From positions 1-45,309 of the forward strand of contig JBEKZX010000009.1 of assembly GCA_049509455.1 (NCBI GenBank): DNA of 45,309 nucleotides. Direction: 5' to 3'. The position numbers were made by a program, and so were the translations under genes. Positions 27,868-36,304 of this stretch are shown here, piece after piece (position 1 is the stretch's first letter; each line of letters begins with the position of its first letter). The notes under the pieces are model-generated. The model was not told the origin of the DNA, did no database searches, and was given only the letters and a program-made list of their open reading frames with translations. This DNA comes from Conexivisphaerales archaeon (GTDB taxonomy: Archaea; Thermoproteota; Nitrososphaeria; Conexivisphaerales; DTJL01).

Positions 27868-29655
27868 CTAGGCACTGTCCTTCCCCACCGTTTCGATTCT
27901 CTTCAACTGGCTATTGTACATTTCCAGAAGCTCGGCGGTGGTCGTCGTGTCCTCCGGCCCCTTGTCGTCCCGAATCCTCCCCGTGAACTTGGGGAACCGA
28001 AGGGCGAGCCCGGCAGCAGGCGTCACCTTCCCCCACGCCGCGACATGAATGGGGGAGAGGGTGATCTCCGACGCGATCACTTCGAATACCAGCTGCGGGA
28101 CGAACCAGACATCAGCCTCCAGCTTCGAGATTACGCGTGGATGGACGTGAGGGATGACCAGCGCCGCCAGCCTCTTGGGTATCTCCTCCAGGCTGGCATC
28201 AGTGAAGCCTGTGCCAATCTTACAGACGGTCTTAAAGGTGTCGTCCTCTTTGTCGTAGGCGGCGAGCAAATAGGCTCCGTAGGTTCCCGTCCTCCTCCCT
28301 CGGCCGTGGAAAGCGCCCACCACCACGAGGTCCAGAGTATCGGAAAGTTCGCTCCTGTACTCCCTCTTGAGCTTGATCCAAGCGAACGCCCTGGCGCCAG
28401 CCCTGTAAGGGCTCCTCAAGTCCTTAGCGACGAGTCCCTCGCAACCCTGCTGAATTGCGTCCTTCATGAAGGAGTCGATCTTGGACGGACTGTCGGTCAC
28501 GATGGATGGCGCGACGCAGGTCCTATCTGTTTTCTCAACGATCTTCTCCAGCTCCTTCCTCCTTTCTTCGTAGGGCTTGTCCAAGTAGCTGATGCCGTCG
28601 GCGTACATGACATCGAAGAAGAAGAGTGCCACGGGGAACTTCTCCATCATCTCCTCCACGCCGTGCTTTCTGCGCCTGTGCATTAGCTGCTGGAAGGGGA
28701 GGAGCTCCCCCGAGTCCACGTCGAAGGCGACACCTTCGCATTCGAGGATAGCGTCCTTCGCTTTGACGTGCTCTACGGCCAGTTTGACCGTGTCGGGGTA
28801 ATGGGAGGTAATGACCTCCAACCTTCGAGAGAACAGGGTCACCTGATCGCCCTTCTTGTGGATCTGCATCCTTTCGCCGTCATACTTGAACTCCACAGCG
28901 CACCTGCCGCCCAGCTTTTCCTCAATCACCCCGGCCGACGGCAGCCTCTCCGCCAGCATCGGTCGGATGGGCTTCCCCACCGTGACTGCGAATCCGGCTA
29001 GGACGTTTAACCCTCCTTCCGCCACCGCCTCGGCGACCGCGCCCAAATCCGAGGAGATATTGTAGGCCCTTTCGAGGGCTGGCCGATTAGCCCTGTCGCC
29101 CGTGTAGGCCTGGGCCAGGGCATCCAGGATGGTGAAATCAGCCACACCCAAGCGGAGCTGTCCCAGGGTCGTCCTGATGAGATATCGGGCCTCCTTCGGA
29201 GTGGCCCGGTTGATGAGGCTGACAAGAGACTTTAGCTTGGACCCCTGCGAACCGGTGCCCTTCAGGTGAGCGAGGGAATCCATGGCCGAATAGACATCCG
29301 AGACCGTGAGCAGCTCTTGGGAGAGCGTCGACTGCAGTCGCCTGCCCGCGGCCTCCTCCGCCGCCGTTCCTAAGTCGCCCTTCTCCCTGTAAAGATTCTC
29401 CACCAGAGCCACCGTCACTCCGGTGGCGTCGGCGATGGCGCGGACCACCAGCTTGTCTCCGAGGCCTATCTCCACCCCGAGGTAGTCGGGGTAGAGCTTC
29501 CCCTGGTTGAGATACGTCACCTTGGCGACGTCCTCGAATCTGGTCTGCGCGTAGAGGCTCACTAGGATGTCGGTGAGCTCCAGCCTCTTGGTCGTCTCCT
29601 CCATGGCTTCGTACGCCTCGACCAGCCTAGAGTAGGGAAGGGACTTTCTTGGCAT
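27868..29655 (-). CDS. lig: ATP-dependent DNA ligase
   Basis: RPMLAER, EFKYDGER (adenylated Lys), EGLVAK, WIKLK, ALRFPKF motifs. Confidence 0.98.
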   Translation of the reverse strand: MPRKSLPYSRLVEAYEAMEETTKRLELTDILVSLYAQTRFEDVAKVTYLNQGKLYPDYLGVEIGLGDKLVVRAIADATGVTVALVENLYREKGDLGTAAEEAAGRRLQSTLSQELLTVSDVYSAMDSLAHLKGTGSQGSKLKSLVSLINRATPKEARYLIRTTLGQLRLGVADFTILDALAQAYTGDRANRPALERAYNISSDLGAVAEAVAEGGLNVLAGFAVTVGKPIRPMLAERLPSAGVIEEKLGGRCAVEFKYDGERMQIHKKGDQVTLFSRRLEVITSHYPDTVKLAVEHVKAKDAILECEGVAFDVDSGELLPFQQLMHRRRKHGVEEMMEKFPVALFFFDVMYADGISYLDKPYEERRKELEKIVEKTDRTCVAPSIVTDSPSKIDSFMKDAIQQGCEGLVAKDLRSPYRAGARAFAWIKLKREYRSELSDTLDLVVVGAFHGRGRRTGTYGAYLLAAYDKEDDTFKTVCKIGTGFTDASLEEIPKRLAALVIPHVHPRVISKLEADVWFVPQLVFEVIASEITLSPIHVAAWGKVTPAAGLALRFPKFTGRIRDDKGPEDTTTTAELLEMYNSQLKRIETVGKDSA

Positions 29656-29680
29656 CAGACGGACAGTCCTCCGCTCTTCG

Positions 29681-29687
29681 ATTTAAG
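29681..29687. promoter_or_regulatory. TATA-like box for lig, possibly bidirectional
   Basis: ATTTAAG / CTTAAAT, about 26 nt upstream of the lig ATG. Confidence 0.5.
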
Positions 29688-29709
29688 AATTCACGGCTTT
29701 CACTTGCCC

Positions 29710-30045
29710 CCGCCGGCGCTGTCAACCTAAGCGATTTGAGCGGGACGTCTTTCCGTCTTCTCGTGACGGGATAGGTGGGTCGTTGGCTCCCCGCGTCTCA
29801 TGAGTTACCCAAAATTGATACGGCTCGGAAGACTCCTCCCGATAGCTCGCCAGCGTCGGGTACAATGAGGAGTCCTCCTCGATTCCGTTCCGAGGGGGCA
29901 GCGCATCTGGCCGGTGAGAACCCCAAACGCATGAAGCCGGTGGCGGCCCATTAATCCCCGAGTCAAATTCAGAGGGGCTTTCGCTTCAGGTCCGCCGTAG
30001 TCCCCTGAGGTAGGCGAGCCCAGCCAGCACGTAGGGCGGGCCGGT
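29710..30045 (+). ncRNA. Candidate structured non-coding RNA; family unassigned
   Basis: Nested stems CTCGGAA/TTCCGAG, GACTCCTC/GAGGAGTC and CCCGAT/GTCGGG, plus CTTCAGG/CCTGAGG; G-U wobbles favour the + strand. Confidence 0.3.
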
Positions 30046-30050
30046 TCGAA

Positions 30051-30620
30051 CTACTTGGTGGTCGCACCTTCCGGCGACCTGCCCACTATGCCGAAGATCG
30101 TGCTCACCATCAGGATCGCCTGCGGCGAAGGCGGCTCCAGGCTGATGATCTGGAAGCACCTCTCCTCGCCTGAAGCTTCTACCTGGGGGACCATTACGAC
30201 ATCTCCTGGCGTGACGGGGACGCCGTTGAGGGCCAATTCGATGTAGCGGCTGTCAACGGAAGGCGGCTCAGCCAACGACACGATCTCCACATAGTTGGCT
30301 GGGAGAGCCTGCACCCTCCGCAGGGTAACCGTCTCGCCCACCGACACCCGCGCGTTCTCCCTTGTTATTCGGTCCATCTTCGTTACGCCTCTATCCACCG
30401 GTTGCGGAGAGCCGCCGGCCGCGACCTGGTCAGCGTCAGTTCGTTGGTCGCCCAGCGGAAGGCACCTGGCTACAGTCCTCCTTTTCCCCAGGACCTCGAG
30501 AATGTCCCCCGGCGATGCCCCTAAGGCCTCCATCGTCTCCGCGTTCACCCTGACCACTCCTCGCCCCGCGTCCCTGTCCCAAGCCTCAAGGACCTTTAGG
30601 CTGACGCTATTGATAGCCAA
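30051..30620 (-). CDS. Stand-alone CDC48/VAT N-terminal domain protein (no AAA modules)
   Basis: LKVLEAWDRDAGRGVVRV...LGASPGDILEVLGKRRTVARC...MDRITRENARVSVGETVTL. Confidence 0.85.
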   Translation of the reverse strand: MAINSVSLKVLEAWDRDAGRGVVRVNAETMEALGASPGDILEVLGKRRTVARCLPLGDQRTDADQVAAGGSPQPVDRGVTKMDRITRENARVSVGETVTLRRVQALPANYVEIVSLAEPPSVDSRYIELALNGVPVTPGDVVMVPQVEASGEERCFQIISLEPPSPQAILMVSTIFGIVGRSPEGATTK

Positions 30621-30870
30621 GGCCAGGATGACAACTCCTGCCCATCATTCAACCTCGACGCGTCGGACACTATTAAACAGTCATCCTCACTCACACAATC
30701 GACACATCCCAGAACTTATCGACAGCATTTAGCATGGGTTATGCTCGCTCGGGTCCCGAAGGCCCTTGCCGCCTCACACGGGTCAGCGAGCTCGTCGTCT
30801 GAGAGGTCCTTCGCCCGAATGCGGCGGCACCTCCAAGATAATATAGCTGCGACGAGTGAGGTCAACGTCA

Positions 30871-31812
30871 GTGAAGGCGCTGGTTACCGGGGGAGCGGGG
30901 TTCATAGGAAGCGCGCTCTGCGCCTCCCTCGTGAAGGGGGGGCATGAAGTCACGGCTTTCGACAACCTGAGCAGCGGCTCCGAGAAGAACTTGGCGGCCC
31001 TATCGAGGAGTCCCGGTTTCAGGTTCGTCAAGGGCGACTGCAAGGTCGAGGAGGACGTCACGGAGGCCCTTCGCGATGCGAATACTGTATTTCACCTGGC
31101 GGCGAACCCCGAGGTGCGTCAGGAGAGGGCGAGCCCGAGGGAGTCCTTCGACGAGAACGTCGTCGCCACGAAGGTCCTCCTCGAGGCGGTCAGGGGGAGC
31201 GACGTCAGGGAAATGGTCTTCGCCTCCACCTCCACGGTCTACGGGGAGCCCACAGTCCTCCCCACCCCCGAGAGCTACTCCCCCCTGGTCCCCATCTCCG
31301 TCTACGGCGCCACCAAGCTCGCCTCCGAGGCCCTGGTTTCGGCCTTCGCCAAGTCCTTCTCCTTCGACGCCCGCATCCTCAGGCTGGCCAACATAGTGGG
31401 ACCAAGGGGCGCGCACGGCGTCATCTTCGACTTCGTCAGGAAGTTGAGGAGGGACCCGACGAGGCTCGTGATACTGGGTGACGGCACCCAGAGGAAGTCC
31501 TATCTCTACGTCGACGACTGCGTCAGGGCCATGATCGAGGTGCTCCATCGAGAGGAGAGGGTCTCCTTCTACAACGTCGGGTCGAAGGACCAGGTGAGCG
31601 TCACCGAGATAGCCGACATCATCTGCGGGGAGATGGAGGTCTCCCCGGCCTACAGGTTCACCGGCGGCGTGGACGGCGGGAGAGGATGGAGGGGGGACGT
31701 TAAGGAAATGCTCCTCGACACCGCCAGAATCGAATCGCTGGGCTGGAGGCCCAAGTACGACAGCGCCCAGGCGGTCAGGAAGACGGCGTTCGAGATACTG
31801 AAGAAAGGATAG
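30871..31812 (+). CDS. NAD-dependent epimerase/dehydratase (UDP-glucose 4-epimerase-like)
   Basis: VTGGAGFIGS, HLAANP, ASTSTVYG, YGATK and GDGTQRKSYLYV motifs. Confidence 0.95.
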   Translation: MKALVTGGAGFIGSALCASLVKGGHEVTAFDNLSSGSEKNLAALSRSPGFRFVKGDCKVEEDVTEALRDANTVFHLAANPEVRQERASPRESFDENVVATKVLLEAVRGSDVREMVFASTSTVYGEPTVLPTPESYSPLVPISVYGATKLASEALVSAFAKSFSFDARILRLANIVGPRGAHGVIFDFVRKLRRDPTRLVILGDGTQRKSYLYVDDCVRAMIEVLHREERVSFYNVGSKDQVSVTEIADIICGEMEVSPAYRFTGGVDGGRGWRGDVKEMLLDTARIESLGWRPKYDSAQAVRKTAFEILKKG

Positions 31813-31915
31813 CCACTTCTTCATCGGTGAGAGGTCGATTTACCGCATTAAACGTGGTCGCACTGGTGTGCGAAGGACGGCGGGGTCGAGCAGCCAGACG
31901 ACAATCGACCATCCG

Positions 31916-32788
31916 TCATGACTCTAACACGTACCTCGCAAGCTCCGGCCTCCCCCTCGTCGACACGTACACCCCGGGAAGCCTCGCATTGCGTATCTCC
32001 TCGACGACCCGCCTCGCCTCCTTTAGGAGGCTGGCCTCGCCTCTTACTGCAACCTCCTCGAGCTTCCGTGGTATCTCCCACCCGAACCTGCTCCTGCAAG
32101 ATTCGATATCAACGAGGCTCCTGAACGGAAAGACGTTGAGGAGGACCTTCTCCCTGAGCCCTCGCAGGGCCAGGGCCTCCTCATGCTTCTTCAGCACCAC
32201 CGTCGCCTCCGAAGTCGGCGGCTGCGCCAAGAAGAAGCTCGCCCCGCTCTTGAGCCTGGACCTCGCCAGCCTGAGGCCCCTCTCTGTCGAAAGGGATGTG
32301 ATGTCCACCGGGGCGAGCAGCGACGCCTGGACGTTGGCCCTTCTGGAAAGCTGCTTGAACTCCCTGATCATCTCTCCGAGGGAGGCGAAGTCGTGGACGT
32401 TCCTCGCCTCCTCCCCAATGTACTTGTCCCCCCATGCCAAGAACACCGTGTCGAGGCCGCAGGCGAGCGCCGTGAGGAACGTATCCCTCGCCGCCACCCT
32501 GTTCACGTCCCTGGCCGTCATCGCCGGGACGGCCTCCACCCCCAGCTCCCTCTTCAGGACGGCCGCAGAGTAGATGCTAGATAGCCTAAGCCTTCCGAAG
32601 TCCATGGGGTCGGCTACGAGGAACGCATCAGCCAGCTCCTCCACCTTCCTCACCCTCGAGACGAAGTCCCTGGTCTTCTGGTCCAGCCCCAGTAGTGGCT
32701 CTCGCGTACCGTCCGCATCGAAACTCGGGGGGAGGACCTCCACGATCGTGGCGAAGACGCCCCTCGCGAGCTTCTCTCCCAGCCTCAA
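31916..32788 (-). CDS. Methylenetetrahydrofolate-reductase-like flavoprotein (MetF fold)
   Basis: IVEVLPP, TARDVN, LAWGD and FFLAQP motifs; last gene of the MetE cluster. Confidence 0.75.
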   Translation of the reverse strand: MRLGEKLARGVFATIVEVLPPSFDADGTREPLLGLDQKTRDFVSRVRKVEELADAFLVADPMDFGRLRLSSIYSAAVLKRELGVEAVPAMTARDVNRVAARDTFLTALACGLDTVFLAWGDKYIGEEARNVHDFASLGEMIREFKQLSRRANVQASLLAPVDITSLSTERGLRLARSRLKSGASFFLAQPPTSEATVVLKKHEEALALRGLREKVLLNVFPFRSLVDIESCRSRFGWEIPRKLEEVAVRGEASLLKEARRVVEEIRNARLPGVYVSTRGRPELARYVLES

Positions 32789-34036
32789 CTAGTCAATTAC
32801 CTTCTGCCTATAGCCAAGAGACGGACCCTGGAGGGAGGCCTCCGCTCTGCCCAGCTCCAAGGTGAGGTAGGCCAGGTGCCTCCTGCTTATCCCCAGCTTG
32901 TCAGCCTCTTCGTCCAGCGACTGGAAGATCCTCTCGGCGCTCCGCGACCTGAACCTCCTGAGGGGAACGTGGGAGTATGAGTAGAGGGTGACCACTATCT
33001 CGCTGCTCTCCCTCTTCACCAGGACCAGGAAGTAGCCCACCTTGTCCCGCTGCCTGGGGCCCAGGGGGGAGGGTGACGCCTCTTCGATCTGCCCTCCATA
33101 TAGATCGTCCCTGGCGAGGGTCATTTGGACGTTCTTCTGGTACGCCACCTCTCTGGGCAGGTTCCTCTGGCCGCAGTGGGGATGGACGAACTCGATCCTG
33201 TCCTCCCCCAGCTTGGCCTTGGCCAGCTGCAGCGTCCTCCCTATTTCGTCGACACCTTCGACTCTGATGTCCTGGCTGTCGTTGCACCCCAGCCCCAGGA
33301 GCTGGTCGTAGCCCCTCCCGGCCGCCTCCTCCAGGAGCCTCCTATAGTGGTAGAAGTCAAGGGAGAGCGTGCCGACCTTTAGCCTGGTCAGGAGAGGGAA
33401 GACCCGCGTGGTGTCCCCACAGGCGTGGAGCACTATGGGAAACTTGGCGACGCTGGCGACCTCTTCGTAGAGGTCTTCGATGTAGTGGGGGGTCGACGAC
33501 TCGGCGGCTATGAAGGGCGAGTCCAGCTGGATCCAAGAGACCGCGCCGGTTTGCTGGAGGTCCTCTATCTCCGGAATGACCACCTTCCTGTTGATGTCCT
33601 CTGCCAGCTCTTTCGTGTCAGGGTACGAATCGTTACTAATCTTAGCGAACCTGGCCAGCGTGTACGCGTCCGTCACTGGCTCCTTCAACTTGAACTGTGG
33701 CGGCAGGAGGCTTCTGGCGTGCCTGACGTCGCCGGCTATAGAGGAGCTCATCCTCTCCACCCTGCCGGTGACGAAGGCCTCAGCTCCCTTCCATTCTATC
33801 CCCCTCACGAACTTCGGGTCGAGGAAGAGGGAGTAGAGGTCCCCTCTCGTCTGCCCCGTGGAAGGGACCTCCACGCCGGCTGACACGAAGTCCTTCAAGG
33901 CCTCCTCCGCGGACCACAGGTAGGGGTCGACCAAGTCGTCCGCCACTCCTAGCTTCGTCATCTTCTGGTAGTACTCGACGTCATCGGTCCGAGGGAAGAC
34001 GGGGTACGAGCCGATCGTTGTGGTCTTGGGGATCAA
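32789..34036 (-). CDS. Core cobalamin-independent methionine-synthase-like protein fused to a C-terminal DUF4346-like domain
   Basis: TTTIGSYP, TGQTRGD, IQLDSP, LHACG and PHCG; last 86 aa (GYFLV...HLAYLTLELGRAEASL) match the DUF4346 pattern as recalled; TTG 34036 overlaps the upstream TGA and has an AGGAGGT SD. Confidence 0.78.
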   Translation of the reverse strand: MIPKTTTIGSYPVFPRTDDVEYYQKMTKLGVADDLVDPYLWSAEEALKDFVSAGVEVPSTGQTRGDLYSLFLDPKFVRGIEWKGAEAFVTGRVERMSSSIAGDVRHARSLLPPQFKLKEPVTDAYTLARFAKISNDSYPDTKELAEDINRKVVIPEIEDLQQTGAVSWIQLDSPFIAAESSTPHYIEDLYEEVASVAKFPIVLHACGDTTRVFPLLTRLKVGTLSLDFYHYRRLLEEAAGRGYDQLLGLGCNDSQDIRVEGVDEIGRTLQLAKAKLGEDRIEFVHPHCGQRNLPREVAYQKNVQMTLARDDLYGGQIEEASPSPLGPRQRDKVGYFLVLVKRESSEIVVTLYSYSHVPLRRFRSRSAERIFQSLDEEADKLGISRRHLAYLTLELGRAEASLQGPSLGYRQKVID

Positions 34037-35217
34037 GCGCAGACCTCCTTCCTCGCCAAGGCCGCTCCGTCCACGACCAGGTCCAAGCACTTGATGGCAA
34101 CTTCAGGGCTCCTCGTCCTCAGTCCACAGTCCGGGTTGATGTAGAGCCTTTCCGGCGGAAGCTCCGTGACCTTCGCGGAATAGAGGATCCTGTCCCTCAC
34201 CACGGCGACCTCAGGGAGGACGTCGGTATGAACATGTACCACGCCTACGCCCAGCTCACCTTCGTAGCCGTACTCCTTGAAGAGCTTGAGGTCTTTGAAC
34301 CCCTCTCTAGACTCGCCGTCGAGCCCCGTCTTGAGGGAGTCCCTGTTCGCGTATTCGAAGGAGAACCTTCGGCACTTCATCTCAAGGAGCTGCGGAAAGA
34401 GGAGGCCGTAACCGACGCTCGGCGGGAAGCAGCTGTGCACGCTGAACGTCGCCAACAGGCCCTTGGTCGTCTCGTTGAAAGCCTCCGAAACGAGCTCTAT
34501 GTCCTCCACCGTCTGGTACTGGGTCGCTGCCGGGATGTCCATCTGCACCTCCTCCGCGCCATTCTCTATCAACCCCCGGATCACCCTCCGTATCGTCTTG
34601 GCCAGCTCCAGGGTGAACTCCCGTCTCGCGCTGAAGCTCCTCTCAAGAGGAGGCATATCCTTCCTCGCCCACTTCCTTCCGTAGTAGGAGTTGTCAGACC
34701 AAGCCATAATGGTTATCGCATCCGTGACCGGGACCTTCACCCTCCTGACGGCGTGCTTCTTGGTGAACAGGAATTCGTCGAGGTGATAGTTCCCCTTGTA
34801 GGCAGGAGGGGCCCGGATGGAGGCCATCTTCCAGTACTTGTTGTCGAAGCTCCTCACACTCCCTATGAACTCGAAGCCCCCTATGCCGGAGACGGGCGTT
34901 TCGTACATCTCCGTCCTCGCCTGCTCCCCGCTCCAAACCAGGTCTAGCCCCACGCCTTCGCCGGAGCCGGCCCTCTCCTCCATCTTTATGGCGTAGAGGA
35001 GGGAAAATTCGACGAGCCTGTGCTTCTCCTCCTCCGAAAAGCCGTCCCTCTTTGAAAGGAGATTGAGGAGGTCCCCCGTCCCGGGCACTCTGAACCTCTC
35101 CCCCCAATCCCTCGCCGTCTTGACGTCGGCGTCAACCAACGGCACACCACGGAAGGGTTTCGTCCTCCACGAGAACTTGGGGAGGCTCCCTATCTCCTGA
35201 GTCGGGAAGGCCTTCAA
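34033..35217 (-). CDS. metE: Cobalamin-independent methionine synthase, catalytic (C-terminal half) subunit
   Basis: PTQEIGSLP, GEQARTEM, QMDIPA, VHSC, EYANR and INPDCGLRT, giving Zn ligands H/C/E/C. Confidence 0.88.
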   Translation of the reverse strand: MKAFPTQEIGSLPKFSWRTKPFRGVPLVDADVKTARDWGERFRVPGTGDLLNLLSKRDGFSEEEKHRLVEFSLLYAIKMEERAGSGEGVGLDLVWSGEQARTEMYETPVSGIGGFEFIGSVRSFDNKYWKMASIRAPPAYKGNYHLDEFLFTKKHAVRRVKVPVTDAITIMAWSDNSYYGRKWARKDMPPLERSFSARREFTLELAKTIRRVIRGLIENGAEEVQMDIPAATQYQTVEDIELVSEAFNETTKGLLATFSVHSCFPPSVGYGLLFPQLLEMKCRRFSFEYANRDSLKTGLDGESREGFKDLKLFKEYGYEGELGVGVVHVHTDVLPEVAVVRDRILYSAKVTELPPERLYINPDCGLRTRSPEVAIKCLDLVVDGAALARKEVCA

Positions 35218-35218
35218 T

Positions 35219-36202
35219 CTAGTCAGCCCCTCCCCTCAGCTCTTTCTTCACCCGGCCGAGCTTCCCGAGCTTCTCGTCGGCGGAGGCTCGGGGTATGTAC
35301 CTCAGGTCGCTAGACGGAGCCAATATGATCGAAGGGCTCCCGGTCTTGTCGGCGATCTCCTCCACCTCACGCCTCAGCTTACCTACATCCTCCGCCCACG
35401 TGCTGCGGGAGTCCACTATGCCGGCGATCAGGCCCTTCCCAGTCTTTGAGAGGGACGAAGGGTCAGTCTGCGTGAAGTCAAAACCGATGTCTTGGGTTGG
35501 GATGGCATCGAATATGAAAGGGAGATAGGAAGAGGCGTCCCCGAAATACGTGTGAAAGCCCGAGCGGAGAGACACGCCTCGCAGGGCCGACCGCAGCGCC
35601 TCTCCGAGCTGAATAAGGGCATCTCTGGAGATGGGCTCCTTCCGGAACCTCGCGGTTAGGTAGGGCGAGGACAGCTGCACGTAACCCACGCCGCGACCTT
35701 CAAGAAACCTCAGCTCCGTATTCAGAGCCTCGGCGTAGACGAAGAGGAGCTTATCGAAGTTACCATAATGCCTATCCTCGGCGAGCTCGCAGAACGTCAA
35801 GGGGTCTGGGACGATCACCTTGAACGGGCTGCCGCGCCTCACCAACGTCCTTTCGACGCTCCTCCACAGGGCCCTCCCTTCGCTCGTCAGGTCACCATCG
35901 ACGATCGGGACGTAGTAGAACGTGTTGGTGTTGAACCACCTGACCAGCGGCCCCTTTCGGAGACCCCCGAAACCGTCGGTGATGGGCCTAAGGAAGTCCT
36001 GCCATGGCAAGCCCATCTGGCCATCGGAGAAGTGGTCCACGCCGACCCTCTTCTGGAGCGCCAGAAGGGATTCGCAGTCCTCTCGGAAGGACTTCGCCAG
36101 CGTTCGGGAATCTACCCTCCTCCTCTCCCAGTCCTGCGTCACGCGGATGGTCGCTTCGCTCCTGGCGTGGACGCCGCTCAGCGCCAGCAGAAACTCGGTC
36201 AA
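35219..36202 (-). CDS. MetE N-terminal-half-like protein (split methionine synthase partner)
   Basis: DGQ, RWFNTNTFYYVP (compare KWFDTNYHY), GIVDSRSTW; lacks Zn ligands; GGAGTGA SD before TTG. Confidence 0.82.
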   Translation of the reverse strand: MTEFLLALSGVHARSEATIRVTQDWERRRVDSRTLAKSFREDCESLLALQKRVGVDHFSDGQMGLPWQDFLRPITDGFGGLRKGPLVRWFNTNTFYYVPIVDGDLTSEGRALWRSVERTLVRRGSPFKVIVPDPLTFCELAEDRHYGNFDKLLFVYAEALNTELRFLEGRGVGYVQLSSPYLTARFRKEPISRDALIQLGEALRSALRGVSLRSGFHTYFGDASSYLPFIFDAIPTQDIGFDFTQTDPSSLSKTGKGLIAGIVDSRSTWAEDVGKLRREVEEIADKTGSPSIILAPSSDLRYIPRASADEKLGKLGRVKKELRGGAD

Positions 36203-36304
36203 TTGCCATCACTCCTGAAGGTCCGACCTGTCTTCATCCGGCATTCAACAGTCTCAGCTAGAACTCGCGAGCAGAGATATTAGGTTATTGAATTCGAACT
36301 GCCA

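Noticed and set aside
29980-30050. TCAGGTCC (SRP-like) and GCCGGTTCGAAC (tRNA T-loop-like)
   Set aside because: No GGAAGG-AGCAG after the SRP-like motif; the T-stem cannot pair and there is no cloverleaf
30716-30835. Minus frame KDLSDDELADPCEAARAFGTR, like a flavodoxin C-terminal helix; also a GCTCGCT/AGCGAGC hairpin
   Set aside because: Too short and without a start; similarity is not distinguishable from chance
36203-36304. Possible SAM riboswitch or C/D sRNA upstream of the met operon
   Set aside because: No SAM-I/II consensus; C- and D-like boxes are in the wrong order
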